From Limisphaerales bacterium (GTDB lineage Bacteria; Verrucomicrobiota; Verrucomicrobiia; Limisphaerales; JAJOIW01), in contig CBFHOE010000009.1 of assembly GCA_965657355.1 (NCBI GenBank), positions 96,001 to 160,000 of the forward strand: DNA of 64,000 nucleotides, written 5' to 3'. The translations under genes and the position numbers were made by a program. The notes under the pieces are model-generated. The model was not told where the DNA came from. It saw only the letters and a program-made list of their open reading frames with translations, and did no database searches. Of the stretch, positions 42,709 to 53,496 are shown one piece after another. The first letter of the stretch is position 1. Each line of letters starts with the position of its first letter.

Positions 42709-43092
42709 ATGAATGATAATCACTATCAAGTTGGTGTCATACCTATAACAAAAGAAGGCCATATAGTTCTTGTCACAACAAGAAGCGGGGATTATTGGAT
42801 TTTCCCAAAAGGCAACCGGGAAAAGGGAAGAAGTGATAGAGCCGTCGCTCGCTTGGAGGCTTTCGAAGAGGCTGGGGTAAAAGGTGTAATGAAAAGAAAA
42901 AGTCATGACTTCAAAACTCCACTTGGAAAGGTCAAAAGATTGAGACTTTACCCCATGCAAGTAAAAGTTATTTTGAAAAAATTTCCTGAGCAAAAAATGA
43001 GAAAAAGAGTTATCGTTCCATTTGAAAAAGCAGAAAAGTTAGTCCAAACAGACCTTCAGTTGATACTTCAAAAAATAAGAAAATGGGTTTGA
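42709..43092 (+). CDS. NUDIX hydrolase (DIPP/Ap6A hydrolase-like)
   Basis: LVTTR, WIFPKG, Nudix box G.....GRSDRAVARLEAFEEAGV, FPEQKMRKR. Confidence 0.85.
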   Translation: MNDNHYQVGVIPITKEGHIVLVTTRSGDYWIFPKGNREKGRSDRAVARLEAFEEAGVKGVMKRKSHDFKTPLGKVKRLRLYPMQVKVILKKFPEQKMRKRVIVPFEKAEKLVQTDLQLILQKIRKWV

Positions 43093-43262
43093 ACTATCTC
43101 AGAAAAAAGAGTCGATTTATTTTAAACACCGAAGGGGTATTGAAGAATTTTTTAAACGATAGGGACGAGTATCAGGAAAAATTCTAATCCAACAAAAGTC
43201 GCCAGCATAAGCATTAATTATCACGCATTTCATGTCTATGGCTGAAATGCTTATATTCAAAA

Positions 43263-43814
43263 TCACTGTTTGATACTATTTGATAAATAAAGAATAAAAT
43301 GAGAAAAATCTGGGGTTTGCAGATTTGGGTCTTTTGCCTGGTCATCCCATTTTCGTAACTCTAGAGCCTCTTTGTAATAGGGTTCTTTTTCGAAGTCAGC
43401 CCTCTCTTCTTCACTCATAGGACCACCCTGGTCAAGATAGCTTTTATACGAGGTAGGAGATAATCTAGATTCGTAAGTTTTGTCTACTGTGCACAAATAT
43501 CTTTTAGCGGAGACGTGGAGGCGAATTGGATCGGCTACTTCAGGGCCAAAATGCAATTTCAGCCAACCGTTACCTCGAAGCTCATGCTTATCATCGAAAT
43601 TTCCATTAAGGCTTTCAGGCAAATGACTTCCTTCATATATATGCCCTATATCATGCAGTAAAGCTGCAACAATTTGCTGGTTTTTAGCTTTAGCGTTCTG
43701 AGCCAACAAACCGCATTGGAGGGCGTGTTGGAGTTGATTGACCTCCTCCACCCCGTATTGGTCTTTCCCTCGTTTTTCAAAAATGTCCGTAATACTTTTT
43801 ATGATAGGATTCAT
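43263..43814 (-). CDS. phnZ: HD-domain diiron oxygenase, PhnZ/TmpB-like (phosphonate catabolism)
   Basis: QYGVEEVNQLQHALQC, AALLHDIGH, HE..G, LHVSAKRYLC, LSPTS..S...QGGPMS, LRKWDDQAK. Confidence 0.8.
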   Translation of the reverse strand: MNPIIKSITDIFEKRGKDQYGVEEVNQLQHALQCGLLAQNAKAKNQQIVAALLHDIGHIYEGSHLPESLNGNFDDKHELRGNGWLKLHFGPEVADPIRLHVSAKRYLCTVDKTYESRLSPTSYKSYLDQGGPMSEEERADFEKEPYYKEALELRKWDDQAKDPNLQTPDFSHFILYLSNSIKQ

Positions 43815-44000
43815 CAACCGTACCTCTCTTCCTTATTTACAAAAGCACCCAATGGAAATTATAACTATAAATAATATCGAAGCATCATTATATGTTAAAT
43901 TATTTTACGTTGGTTTGATTTTGTGATCCCGTTTAAGTTTTGATTTTGGCAGGCAAGACCTTAATGAATCAGTTTTTTTAAATCCACCAATTTATAAGGA

Positions 44001-44035
44001 AAAAACAAAAAACCACCCAGGGCTAAGCCCTGAGT
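44001..44035 (-). terminator. Intrinsic terminator downstream of a decayed minus-strand gene
   Basis: Minus strand CTCAGGGC-TTA-GCCCTGGG then TGGTTTTTTGTTTTTT. Confidence 0.6.
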
Positions 44036-44070
44036 TATCCGATTGTAAAAGTTAATATTTCACCGAATTA

Positions 44071-44295
44071 TCAAGTCCTCGTAGCATTCCATTTCATTGT
44101 GACATCTCTAGAACCGTCAAAACTCGTCTTAACTTTTCCCGTGATCTTTCCTTCTTCTTGTAGTTTACCAATAAATGTGTAATTCATTTCTCCGTCATCT
44201 GGTCTGTCTCGAACAACTATAAATGTGATTTTTTTTCAGCGGATGCTTTACCTTCACTTATTTCAAGCCAACGGCTTTTCTCCATCTCCATCAAA
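44071..44295 (-). pseudogene. Frameshifted remnant of a small beta-strand-rich protein
   Basis: ...RWLEISEGKASAEK, a frameshift at an A8 tract, then ITFIVVRDRPDDGEMNYTFIGKLQEEGKITGKVKTSFDGSRDVTMKWNATRT* (TGA at 44071-73). No intact 5' end found. Confidence 0.5.
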
Positions 44296-44425
44296 ATTAC
44301 GACAAAATACTGTTGAATTCTGAATAATAATATCACGCGTTACGACCATTTAGATTAAACCAAAAGCCGAAAGGAATTCCTAAAACCTATTATCTGTTGT
44401 AATTTAATCATGACCATCTATAACC

Positions 44426-46021
44426 ATGAAAAATCTTTTATTTATCATAATCACGATTGTTTTTGTTCCTCCTCATTTTTATCTATCAGGTGATGAAGAA
44501 AAAACAAGAAAACCAAATATTGTCTTCTTTTTAGTTGATGATTTGGGCTGGTCTGATGTGCAGTGCTATGGAAGTCGTTTTTATGAAACCCCAAATATTG
44601 ATCAGTTAGCTGAAGAGGGAATTCGATTCACTGATGCTTATGCTGCATGCCATGTTTGCTCCCCCACTCGAGCAAGTATTTTGACAGGAAAATACCCAGC
44701 AACACTCAACCTGACAGACTGGTTACCTGGTCGGAGAGATTTTCCATTCCAAAAATTGCTTAATGTCAAAATAAATCAGAGTCTCCCTAGTGAGGAGACA
44801 ACCATAGCGGAAATATTGAAGGATAAGGGGTATTCGACTGGCATATTTGGTAAGTGGCATTTAGGAAAGGAGGGGTCTATGCCGACAGACCATGGGTTTG
44901 ACACCCACATCCCAGACACGCCCTCAAATTGGAGAACATTTCATGGCCCTTTTGGATTAAAAAAGCTGGAAAGTAAAAAAGGGGATTACTTAACCGATAA
45001 ACTAACTGATGAGGCTATTAGATGGATTGAGAATAAACAAGACACACCATTCTTTCTTTACATGTCACACTTTGCTGTCCATGACCCAATACAGGGAAGA
45101 AGCGATCTGGTCCAAAAATATCATAAGAAACTAAAAGGAACCACCCGACCAATTGGACCAGCCTATATCCTCGAGGGAAATCCTGACAGTGCCAAAAGCC
45201 CCTCTCGTGCAGAGCTTACTGAATGGATAAATACCCCAAATTTCTCAGGTCACAAAGTCATGCCAAAACGCACCATTAAGATCAAACAAAAACAGGACAA
45301 CGTGGAATTTGCAGCTATGGTAGAAGCAGTAGATGAAAGCCTGGGGCGAATCATGAGTAAGCTAGACCAATTGAATATTGCAAACAATACTATACTCATA
45401 TTTACATCAGACAATGGGGGAATGTCTGCAATGAATGTGGGATGGCCGAAACGATCAATACAAGAGGGCAATGTAGATATAGCCTATTCAACCTCAAACC
45501 TTCCACTGAGGGGTGCAAAAGGGTGGCTATATGAAGGTGGTATCAGGGTGCCCCTAATAATAAAGTGGCCCGGAAAAACTCAAGCCAAATCTATATGTTC
45601 AACCCCAGTTTCGAGTATAGATTTTTTCCCCACAATTTTACATATGACTGGGAATGAGAGCGCGATTTCTGATGGTATTGAGGGCGTCAATTTAGCCCCC
45701 TTAATTAATGGAAAAAATTTGGATGCACGACCACTCTTTTGGCATTTCCCTCATTATAGCAACCACGGCATGCAAAGCCCAGCCGGAGTCATAAGGGAAG
45801 GAGATTTGAAGCTCATCGAATACTACGAGAATGGAAGCATCCAGTTATTTAACCTGAAAAATGATAAAGGGGAACAGTATGACTTATCAAAAACCATGAC
45901 TAAAAGAGCTGAGGAATTAAAATCCAAACTCAATCTATGGAGAGAACAAGTTTCCGCGAAAATGATGAAAGCTAATCCAGATTACGATCCATCCACTTAT
46001 CCGTGGATCACCAAGAAATAG
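44426..46021 (+). CDS. Sulfatase
   Basis: PNIVFFLVDDLGW, CSPTR, GKWHLG, SDNGG, YEGGIRVP, WHFPHY; signal peptide. Confidence 0.95.
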   Translation: MKNLLFIIITIVFVPPHFYLSGDEEKTRKPNIVFFLVDDLGWSDVQCYGSRFYETPNIDQLAEEGIRFTDAYAACHVCSPTRASILTGKYPATLNLTDWLPGRRDFPFQKLLNVKINQSLPSEETTIAEILKDKGYSTGIFGKWHLGKEGSMPTDHGFDTHIPDTPSNWRTFHGPFGLKKLESKKGDYLTDKLTDEAIRWIENKQDTPFFLYMSHFAVHDPIQGRSDLVQKYHKKLKGTTRPIGPAYILEGNPDSAKSPSRAELTEWINTPNFSGHKVMPKRTIKIKQKQDNVEFAAMVEAVDESLGRIMSKLDQLNIANNTILIFTSDNGGMSAMNVGWPKRSIQEGNVDIAYSTSNLPLRGAKGWLYEGGIRVPLIIKWPGKTQAKSICSTPVSSIDFFPTILHMTGNESAISDGIEGVNLAPLINGKNLDARPLFWHFPHYSNHGMQSPAGVIREGDLKLIEYYENGSIQLFNLKNDKGEQYDLSKTMTKRAEELKSKLNLWREQVSAKMMKANPDYDPSTYPWITKK

Positions 46022-46299
46022 GGTTCTATTATATCGTAATAACTGAGCTTGAGTGTAATTTTAGGTAAAAGACTTTTTATTGCTGTTTCTTTCAAAACTA
46101 AAATTTGAAGAATATTGATTGTTTTCCAGATTCTTCAAATACCAGGTCTATTTAATGGACACCTCGAGTATTAGTATTGAAATATATGCGATTACAGGAA
46201 CCATCCTTCACCGCCTAAAGGCAATCAAGCAAAAGAACCGGAGCGCCATTTGGCTATCACCAAAAACTAAGTTACAAAAACTTTTACTTTTGTGATTTA

Positions 46300-46596
46300 A
46301 TGGTTACTGGATCCCTTCACTATATGCTTAAAGGAGAAAAAACAACCTCGGAAGACGAGCAATTTTCACACCAAATTTTATCTAAAAATAGCGTTAAAAA
46401 CGAATACTCTGAATGCGATAGCATCAACGCGTTTGAGCTCTTGCCATACTCACAAAAAACATCGCCTGTAATAAGTAAAGATGAATTAAGGGGTAAACCA
46501 AAAGCCCAAAGTGGTATCGCCATGGTGACCCAGGTCTGTAAGAGATGTGGTTACGTTCGTTCTTTTTCAGTCAACCATATCATGGCATCAATTTAA
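46300..46596 (+). CDS. Hypothetical protein with partial zinc-ribbon motif
   Basis: C-terminal VCKRCGYVRSF; the N-terminal knuckle reads YSEC instead of CxxC. Confidence 0.45.
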   Translation: MVTGSLHYMLKGEKTTSEDEQFSHQILSKNSVKNEYSECDSINAFELLPYSQKTSPVISKDELRGKPKAQSGIAMVTQVCKRCGYVRSFSVNHIMASI

Positions 46597-46616
46597 TTCG
46601 TGAGTGATATCTTGGG

Positions 46617-47273
46617 ATGAATATTTGTTCCAAAAGCCTTAAAACTGCGGCCTCTTTTCTCTGTGAGAAAGAAAACGAGCCAACTGAACTAAAATCGTCC
46701 ATGGACTGCAATGACAGCGAATTGGCGAGCTTACTTATTCAACTCACTGTCGTTCGTAACAAGCGCTGTAAAAACCGATCAGTAAAACTTTTGTCTCAAC
46801 TTTCACAGAGCACCCCCGAGAGCGTCATTCCCCATTGGGATAGACTTTTACTGCTCGTTTCGTGTGAAAGTAATATTGTCAGCTGGAATGCGATGAAAGC
46901 CTTAGGTTATCTGGCTCATTTAAAAACACCGGCAGACCTTCAAAAGTGTTTACCCGTATTGATTCAAAAACTCCAAGATAAATCAATGGTCACAATAAGC
47001 CACGCCATTAGTTGTATGGGAAAGTTTGCATTCGAAGCCCCAGATTTAAGAAATCAAATTTTCACCAAACTTTTAAAATTAAAAAACTATTCTCCATCAA
47101 ATGATTGTGAATTAGTGCTTGCCGGAAAAGTAATCAAAGCTGCAATACCCATTTCCAACGCGCTCCCTAGAGAGCTAAAAAATACACTCAGAGATTTTGT
47201 TAACGATTACAAATCATGCCCTCGTAAAACCACGGTGAACGTCGCTCTCAAACTTTATAAAAATTTAGATTAG
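46617..47273 (+). CDS. Hypothetical HEAT/ARM-like helical repeat protein
   Basis: Repeating amphipathic helices (VSWNAMKALGYLA, LIQKLQDKSMVTISHAISCMGKFA). Confidence 0.55.
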   Translation: MNICSKSLKTAASFLCEKENEPTELKSSMDCNDSELASLLIQLTVVRNKRCKNRSVKLLSQLSQSTPESVIPHWDRLLLLVSCESNIVSWNAMKALGYLAHLKTPADLQKCLPVLIQKLQDKSMVTISHAISCMGKFAFEAPDLRNQIFTKLLKLKNYSPSNDCELVLAGKVIKAAIPISNALPRELKNTLRDFVNDYKSCPRKTTVNVALKLYKNLD

Positions 47274-47417
47274 CGAAATTGAATCTTTTAAAATACGCGA
47301 CCTTAAGGCGGTGCATTTATACCCTATCATGAGATAGATTTATTTCGCCAAATTTATGCGAAATGTTACGCCAAAACCATTGTTCCTCGATAAAATATTT
47401 CGGATAATCGAATAATC

Positions 47418-47680
47418 ATGTCAGACCCACATTCCAGAAACTTGCTATTTCAGTCATTTCACTTTTATTGGTGATGTTACGCTCCGCAGACAAAGTCAGA
47501 GCTGAAAGACCAGATTTCTTACTAATAATATGCGATGATTTAGGTTGCGGAGACCTATCGGCATGCAGCCGCCAGATAATTTAGACTTCAAATGTGGATA
47601 CCCCGACTGAGGAGGGCATTAAATTTACTGATTGTTATTCTTCATCACTTGTTTGTTCACCGTCCAAAGCTGGATTATAA
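47418..47680 (+). pseudogene. Sulfatase 5' remnant
   Basis: The frame reads KLAISVISLLLVMLRS..RAERPDFLLIICDDLGCGDLSACSRQII*TSNVDTPTEEGIKFTDCYSSSLVCSPSKAGL*. It has an internal TAG at 47582-84 and is truncated right after a decayed CSPSR motif. Confidence 0.85.
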
Positions 47681-47718
47681 AGAGTCATAAAAATTTATTA
47701 GAGGAGTCCTTCTCTTTC

Positions 47719-47749
47719 TGATGCCACCCGGAAGAAACTCCTGGCATCA
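47719..47749. terminator. Hairpin, possible terminator of the minus-strand sulfatase
   Basis: TGATGCCA...TGGCATCA perfect 8-bp stem with an inner GGA/TCC pair. Confidence 0.35.
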
Positions 47750-47828
47750 TGCTTAATTTAATTAATAAAGACATCACTCGCTGAACTTAATCTATAATGG
47801 AGAGAGTCTTATTCTTGAAAATGGTTAT

Positions 47829-49220
47829 CTAATCAGATGAAACCATTCCAGGGCGCCTGGCATCTTTCATCATTTCTTGCTGAAACAGGATAGCCATCCC
47901 TCTGAGTTTACGAGAAATTTTCCCCACGCGAATAGGATCCCTTTCTCCTGGGTCTTGAGATAAATCGTAGAGTGTCAGTCCAGGGTTAAGGAATAATTTC
48001 CATTGTCTCCACCTCACGGCAGCCAGTGCCCCTTGGCTTCCATGATAAAAAAAGGCTTCGTTGTATTCATCTCGGGAAATTAGCTTTCCCCATTCTCCAG
48101 GCGGACTCCAATGACGTCGAAGCGGCACTTGTGAATTAATGGATAGTTTTGCACCTGGTTTAGGTATTTTTTTGGTTTTCCCAAGAATCATAGGGGATAT
48201 GTCTCTTCCATCAATCACCCTGCCCTCGGGGATTCGCAAGCCTGAAAGAGAGGCTAAAGTTGGATACCAATCCATGGCCCTGACGACTTCACTATTTTTG
48301 TCACCTTCTGAGACCCCCAGTCCTGGGCCCCATGCAATACATGGAACACGAATACCCCCTTCATATGTCGAAAGTTTATTTCCCCGAATCGGCTGACTCG
48401 CATTTCTCCCAGGCCCTCTACCATTATCTGACGCATAAACAACAATGGTATTCTCATGCAATTCCAATTGCTCTAAACGATCCATAATTCGTCCGACATG
48501 GTAGTCCATTTCCTGTATGGCATCACCATAGATTCCAAATTGAGAGGAGTTCCGAAAAGCTTCACTTACACCTATGGGATTGTGCAACATAGTGTGCGGG
48601 AGATAGAGAAAAAAGGGCTGATCTTTATTTTTACTAATAAATTTTAATGCCTCATTTGTATAAATTCTTGTAAGTTCATTCGGATCAGCTGGGCGTTTGA
48701 TAACTTCCTTATTACGCATTACAGGAACCCCGGCCTCTCCGAAATAGACGACTTCAACAGGATCCAAATTATGAAGGAGACCGAAGTAATGATCGAACCC
48801 CTGATTGTGAGGAAGGAATTCCTCTTTAAACCCGAGATGCCATTTGCCAATACATGCAGTTGCATACCCATTCGCCCTAAATAATTCAGCAAGGGTTAAT
48901 TCGTCAGGATGAATACCAATAGCAGAATCAGCGCGATGTACCCAAATGTGATTACCGATTCTTCTAGGGTAACACCCCGTTAAAAGACCGGCACGAGAAG
49001 GACTGCAAATTGGCGCAGCAGCATAATAATCTGTAAAACGGATACCTTTTTTCGCTAATAAATCAATCCGTGGTGTCTTAAATTCCGTTGCCCCATAGCA
49101 TCCGAGATCATAATACCCTTGGTCATCGACTAATATAAAAACAATGTTAGGTGACCTTGCCATACTTGATAATGCCACGGCAGAAATAAGGATGAATAAA
49201 AGGTGTTTCATGAGGGACAT
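47829..49220 (-). CDS. Sulfatase (arylsulfatase/GALNS-like)
   Basis: PNIVFILVDDQGY, CSPSRAGLLTG, GKWHLG, SDNG, YEGGIRVP. Confidence 0.95.
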   Translation of the reverse strand: MSLMKHLLFILISAVALSSMARSPNIVFILVDDQGYYDLGCYGATEFKTPRIDLLAKKGIRFTDYYAAAPICSPSRAGLLTGCYPRRIGNHIWVHRADSAIGIHPDELTLAELFRANGYATACIGKWHLGFKEEFLPHNQGFDHYFGLLHNLDPVEVVYFGEAGVPVMRNKEVIKRPADPNELTRIYTNEALKFISKNKDQPFFLYLPHTMLHNPIGVSEAFRNSSQFGIYGDAIQEMDYHVGRIMDRLEQLELHENTIVVYASDNGRGPGRNASQPIRGNKLSTYEGGIRVPCIAWGPGLGVSEGDKNSEVVRAMDWYPTLASLSGLRIPEGRVIDGRDISPMILGKTKKIPKPGAKLSINSQVPLRRHWSPPGEWGKLISRDEYNEAFFYHGSQGALAAVRWRQWKLFLNPGLTLYDLSQDPGERDPIRVGKISRKLRGMAILFQQEMMKDARRPGMVSSD

Positions 49221-49385
49221 GTGTATCAGTCATATCCATATCCCGCAATCTTGATCGACAACTCTATATTGGTCTTTTTTTCTAGTTAAAATGAAGATTT
49301 TTCATCATTCCCTTCTTACTTTTTTTATAAATAACCTCGGCGAATAAGTATTTTAAATAAACTGAGAGCCGGTATTATGTAAGTT

Positions 49386-49745
49386 ATGAATTTTACTCGA
49401 AGGCAAAATCCAGTCGTGGCCCAGATAACATCAACAGAGGTTCGTGATGAGGTGACAATAATAAGCGCAAAAGCAGAAATGGGTCGCTATGGAATGGTGC
49501 GATTTACAGTCAACTTAGAACCCAATGCAAGTAGTAACGGTGGCAAAGCTTATGGTGGTGGGCAAGGAGCTCTCGAAGATGGCAGTTTCATTGTCGGTTC
49601 TTTTTCCGGTAGATGGAGAAGGAAGAACACCAAAATTGTTGTCCATGGAATTGATGAAGTTACCAATGGTGACATCAGTCATATTATCTTTGAAATCGAT
49701 GCACGCGGAGATGAAGTCACTGTGACACATTATTCTTTAGACTAA
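49386..49745 (+). CDS. Hypothetical beta-rich protein
   Basis: 119-aa ORF with protein-like alternating pattern, AT-rich flanks and downstream hairpins. Confidence 0.65.
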   Translation: MNFTRRQNPVVAQITSTEVRDEVTIISAKAEMGRYGMVRFTVNLEPNASSNGGKAYGGGQGALEDGSFIVGSFSGRWRRKNTKIVVHGIDEVTNGDISHIIFEIDARGDEVTVTHYSLD

Positions 49746-49814
49746 TTATTTATCAACCAGGGGAAACCCCTTCTCCTGGTCAATTCAAAAACAGCTAAAA
49801 GCATTTAAAAAATA

Positions 49815-49855
49815 AAAACAAGAGTCCTTGATATTTCTCCTAGGACTCTTGTTTT
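49815..49855. terminator. Bidirectional intrinsic terminator
   Basis: Perfect 14-bp inverted repeat AAAACAAGAGTCCT / AGGACTCTTGTTTT between convergent genes. A second hairpin ACCAGGGGAA/TTCTCCTGGT lies at about 49756-80. Confidence 0.7.
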
Positions 49856-50038
49856 AAGACACAAGATTTATTGCATAAAAGGGTCTGGACGTTTGTCTGA
49901 CCATTGACAGACACTTATCCGGCCGCTCAATTGCTTATTCAATTTAGGTACCATGCGATAATTATTAATGGTTTAAATTATGAAGCTCCCACCGAAAAAC
50001 ATACCCATCACAAGTCTGCTGGTTTTTATGATCATGAG

Positions 50039-51775
50039 TCAGTGATCAAGAAGCTCGACTTCAGTAAAGTAAGCCCCACCTGATTTATCATCATTATCGA
50101 ATAACCATGTTCGAAGCTCTGTTTTTCCTGCAGGTAAATCAAGGATGAAGTTGACACCATATCTCTCTGACAGCACCTTGGATTCAGCTATTTTCCCAGC
50201 GATCTCGATTTTTGCTCTAACTGCCTTAACTTCCATACCAGCTTCAACGGGAAACTGCCTCAGTGTAATTCGATAACGGCCTGCCCTTTTTACATCCACA
50301 ATCCACGGCCCAGTCACTTTTGGCAGCCTTCTAATAGAGCCAAAATTCCATGGTGGATTTCCTGCGGGCATATACCAATCCTGTGAACAAAGGACTGTGG
50401 GGTTTTGAGCGGAGTTCCCAAGATCAATGGCAACTGGTTTTATCCTCGGTGACACTGATTCCCAAAATGGCTGATAAAGATTTCTGAGTGAATGGACGAC
50501 ATTGGGATATTTTTGAGAAACATCATTTCTTTGAGATGGATCGTTACCTAAGTCATAAAGCTCTTTCCCGTCTATCAACCGCCACTTATCTTTGAGAACA
50601 CAGCTGTATAACCAAGCTTTTGGCATCTCCCTAAAATATGGACCACCTTGAAATTGCACTATGAGATCTCGACGATGAGGCGGTGCTTGAGCATTTTTCA
50701 ATATTGGAGCAAAAGAAAGTCCATCTGGTTTATGACTACCTGGTAAAGAAAGATCACATAGTTCAGTCAGTGTTGGTAAAACATCTATGTGAGCAGTCAA
50801 TGAATCAATATCTCTCCCTTTGTTTATTCCCCCTTTTGGCCAATGGATGAAGAAGGGAACTCTGTGTCCTCCTTCGTAAACTGAGGATTTCTTTCCACGC
50901 ATTCCAGCATTGTACCCATCTATTGCTTCCGAGGTTAAACCATTAAACCGGGCTCCGTTTGCAGTTCCATTATCCGTCATGAAAATAAAAATCGTGTTTT
51001 CGGAGAGGCCAAGTGATTCCAATTTTTTCCGAAGCAATCCTACATTGTGATCAATGTTTGCGACCATCCCGTAGAAATTAGCTCCCCCGCCCCATTTAAT
51101 TTTTTCTTTGTAAGGGGCACTCCATTTTGGATCCACATAGTATGGGCCGTGCGGTGCATTCGGTGCCAGGTATAGAAAAAATGGCTTGTCCTTATTCTGT
51201 TCAACAAACCTGATAGATTCAGAAAACCAAATGTCTGTGCAGTACCCTTCAAATTTCTCAAACATGCCATTTCGTTCGTATGTATCGTCAAAATAATCAT
51301 TGCCCCAATAATCAGATGCCTGACCTACCCCACCACAACGGTGCCAAACGACATCTTGGAAACCACGATCTTGAGGCCGATGGGGCGCATTATCCCCTAG
51401 ATGCCACTTACCAACCATTCCTGTGACGTAACCATTGTCTGCAAAAACATTGGCAATAGTTCTTTCATCTGTGTGCATCATCGTCCTGCCAGAGCTAGTA
51501 CGATAGGCCCCGGTTCGGGCAGGATAACGACCAGTCATGAGGGCGGCTCGGGTTGGGGTGCAGAAAGAGCTGACATGAAAATCTGTAAACCTCACTGACT
51601 CATTATGCAGTTTATCAAGATGAGGTGTCTTTATGATAGGGTTGCCATGACAACTAAGATCCCCGTAACCTTGATCATCGGTCATAATCAAAATGACATT
51701 GGGCTTATCCTGGCCACCTCCTAATGTCACTAGGATGTGTAAATAAACAATAAATATGATAAACAATCTTTTCAT
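50039..51775 (-). CDS. Arylsulfatase with C-terminal beta-sandwich extension
   Basis: [38 protein letters not shown]. Likely ATG 51775 (track start 51823). Confidence 0.95.
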   Translation of the reverse strand: MKRLFIIFIVYLHILVTLGGGQDKPNVILIMTDDQGYGDLSCHGNPIIKTPHLDKLHNESVRFTDFHVSSFCTPTRAALMTGRYPARTGAYRTSSGRTMMHTDERTIANVFADNGYVTGMVGKWHLGDNAPHRPQDRGFQDVVWHRCGGVGQASDYWGNDYFDDTYERNGMFEKFEGYCTDIWFSESIRFVEQNKDKPFFLYLAPNAPHGPYYVDPKWSAPYKEKIKWGGGANFYGMVANIDHNVGLLRKKLESLGLSENTIFIFMTDNGTANGARFNGLTSEAIDGYNAGMRGKKSSVYEGGHRVPFFIHWPKGGINKGRDIDSLTAHIDVLPTLTELCDLSLPGSHKPDGLSFAPILKNAQAPPHRRDLIVQFQGGPYFREMPKAWLYSCVLKDKWRLIDGKELYDLGNDPSQRNDVSQKYPNVVHSLRNLYQPFWESVSPRIKPVAIDLGNSAQNPTVLCSQDWYMPAGNPPWNFGSIRRLPKVTGPWIVDVKRAGRYRITLRQFPVEAGMEVKAVRAKIEIAGKIAESKVLSERYGVNFILDLPAGKTELRTWLFDNDDKSGGAYFTEVELLDH

Positions 51776-51850
51776 ATCAAAAACGGTTTTGAATATAGTG
51801 GGGAAAGATCTAAGTTTGCTCAACCATTCTTATCCCCTTTAAGGTTACCA

Positions 51851-53272
51851 ATGAATAATAAAAACCATTTCACCAGGGAACCATTGATGAAGCATTTATA
51901 TCACCTCCTTATCATAGTAGTTTTGGGCGCGACTCCCAACACATTTGCCGAAAAGCAGCAGATGAACGTTTTATTTTTGATTATAGATGATCTGAACACC
52001 TGGCTTCTTGGAGATGAAAACCGATATAGAGGTAAAGTTATTGCCCCCAACATAACTAAATTAGGAAAGAGCGGGATTGTATTTCAACACGCTTACACAG
52101 CTAGCCCAGTTTGTGCCCCATCAAGAACGGCACTATGGTCTGGAATGAGACCATGGCAAACAGGTGTTTATCAAAACGGAGTCGACAGCCGGCAAAGCAA
52201 AGCATTGAAAAAGGCTACTTCGTTGCCAAAGCTTTTTAAACAAGCGGGTTACTTTACTGCGTCGCATGGGAAGGTCACACATGGGTGGGATACTCGCAGT
52301 GGTTTTGATGAGCGGACCCCACATCGTAGAGACCCCATACCCCCAAATGCACCATTCCTCTCGTTCACTCGAGGCGAACAGGATTGGGGCCCCACCCATC
52401 TTACTGAAGAAGAGATGAATGACACCAAGTATGCTGACGCCACAATAAAGCTTTTACAGAGAGAGCATGAACGTCCTTTCTTTATTGCTTGTGGTTTATT
52501 TCATCCCCATATGCCCTGGTATGTCCCACAAAAATATTTCGATATGTTTCCTCTAAGCGAGGTTACCATTCCACCAATCAAAAAAAATGATCTTGATGAT
52601 ATCCCGACTCTAGGACGTGAAATAACCCAAGGTAAAAGCAAGTTCGTCGACCAGGTTGTTGCTCATGGCCTCCATAAAGAAGGGGTTCAGGCTTATCTTG
52701 CGACAACGGCATATGCCGATGCACAAATCGGCCGGGTGCTCGATGCATTGGATAAGAGCCCATATAAAAACAGCACCTTAGTCGTTTTATTCAGCGATCA
52801 CGGGTTTCATCTTGGAGAGAAGAATCATTGGCAGAAAGGAACGCTGTGGGAAGAAGCAACCAACTGCTTGCTCATGTTTCGTGTTCCTGGTGTCACTCGC
52901 CCCAATCTGGTTAGCCAAAGACTTGTCTCCCTACAAGACATCTATCCCACACTGACTCAACTCTGTAATGTAAAAACTCCTGACTATGTTGAAGGCCGAT
53001 CTCTATTACCTTTATTAAAAGATCCAAATGCTAAATGGAAAAGCACGGCAATTACTACATTTTCAAATAGATACGCCACAATCAGAACCGAATCATTTCG
53101 CTACATAAGATATACCAATGCCCAGGAAGAATTTTATGACCTCAGATCAGACCCAAATCAATGGACCAATGAAATAAATAGCCAAGAATATAAGGTCATT
53201 ATTGATAACCACAGATCCTTGCTTCCAGATTTCGCTGAAATGATCACCCCTATTCCAAGAAAAAGGAAATAG
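51851..53272 (+). CDS. Sulfatase (iduronate-2-sulfatase/choline-sulfatase-like)
   Basis: [41 protein letters not shown]. The start may be ATG 51887. Confidence 0.93.
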   Translation: MNNKNHFTREPLMKHLYHLLIIVVLGATPNTFAEKQQMNVLFLIIDDLNTWLLGDENRYRGKVIAPNITKLGKSGIVFQHAYTASPVCAPSRTALWSGMRPWQTGVYQNGVDSRQSKALKKATSLPKLFKQAGYFTASHGKVTHGWDTRSGFDERTPHRRDPIPPNAPFLSFTRGEQDWGPTHLTEEEMNDTKYADATIKLLQREHERPFFIACGLFHPHMPWYVPQKYFDMFPLSEVTIPPIKKNDLDDIPTLGREITQGKSKFVDQVVAHGLHKEGVQAYLATTAYADAQIGRVLDALDKSPYKNSTLVVLFSDHGFHLGEKNHWQKGTLWEEATNCLLMFRVPGVTRPNLVSQRLVSLQDIYPTLTQLCNVKTPDYVEGRSLLPLLKDPNAKWKSTAITTFSNRYATIRTESFRYIRYTNAQEEFYDLRSDPNQWTNEINSQEYKVIIDNHRSLLPDFAEMITPIPRKRK

Positions 53273-53406
53273 AATGACTCAGTTTTTTTAAAAAACGAAA
53301 GCAATCAATGTCATACCTATACTGCATGTTGGATTGTATTTTAATTATTATACAACCTTTAAAACTCATAACTCACTAACAATAGCCAACTACCACCGAC
53401 TGGAAT

Positions 53407-53420
53407 TTGATTTTAATCAA
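53407..53420. promoter_or_regulatory. FNR/DNR-type binding site
   Basis: Exact TTGAT-TTTA-ATCAA, ending 76 nt upstream of the ATG at 53497. Confidence 0.6.
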
Positions 53421-53496
53421 TCCCAAGCACGATTACCACTGCAGTTTTAGTAGGAAAAATTGGGAAAGTATGATTATTTTTATATTCTAAAATATC

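Noticed and set aside
43820..43920. Pho box upstream of the PhnZ-like gene
   Set aside because: The best half-sites are 10 bp apart rather than 11, in very AT-rich DNA.
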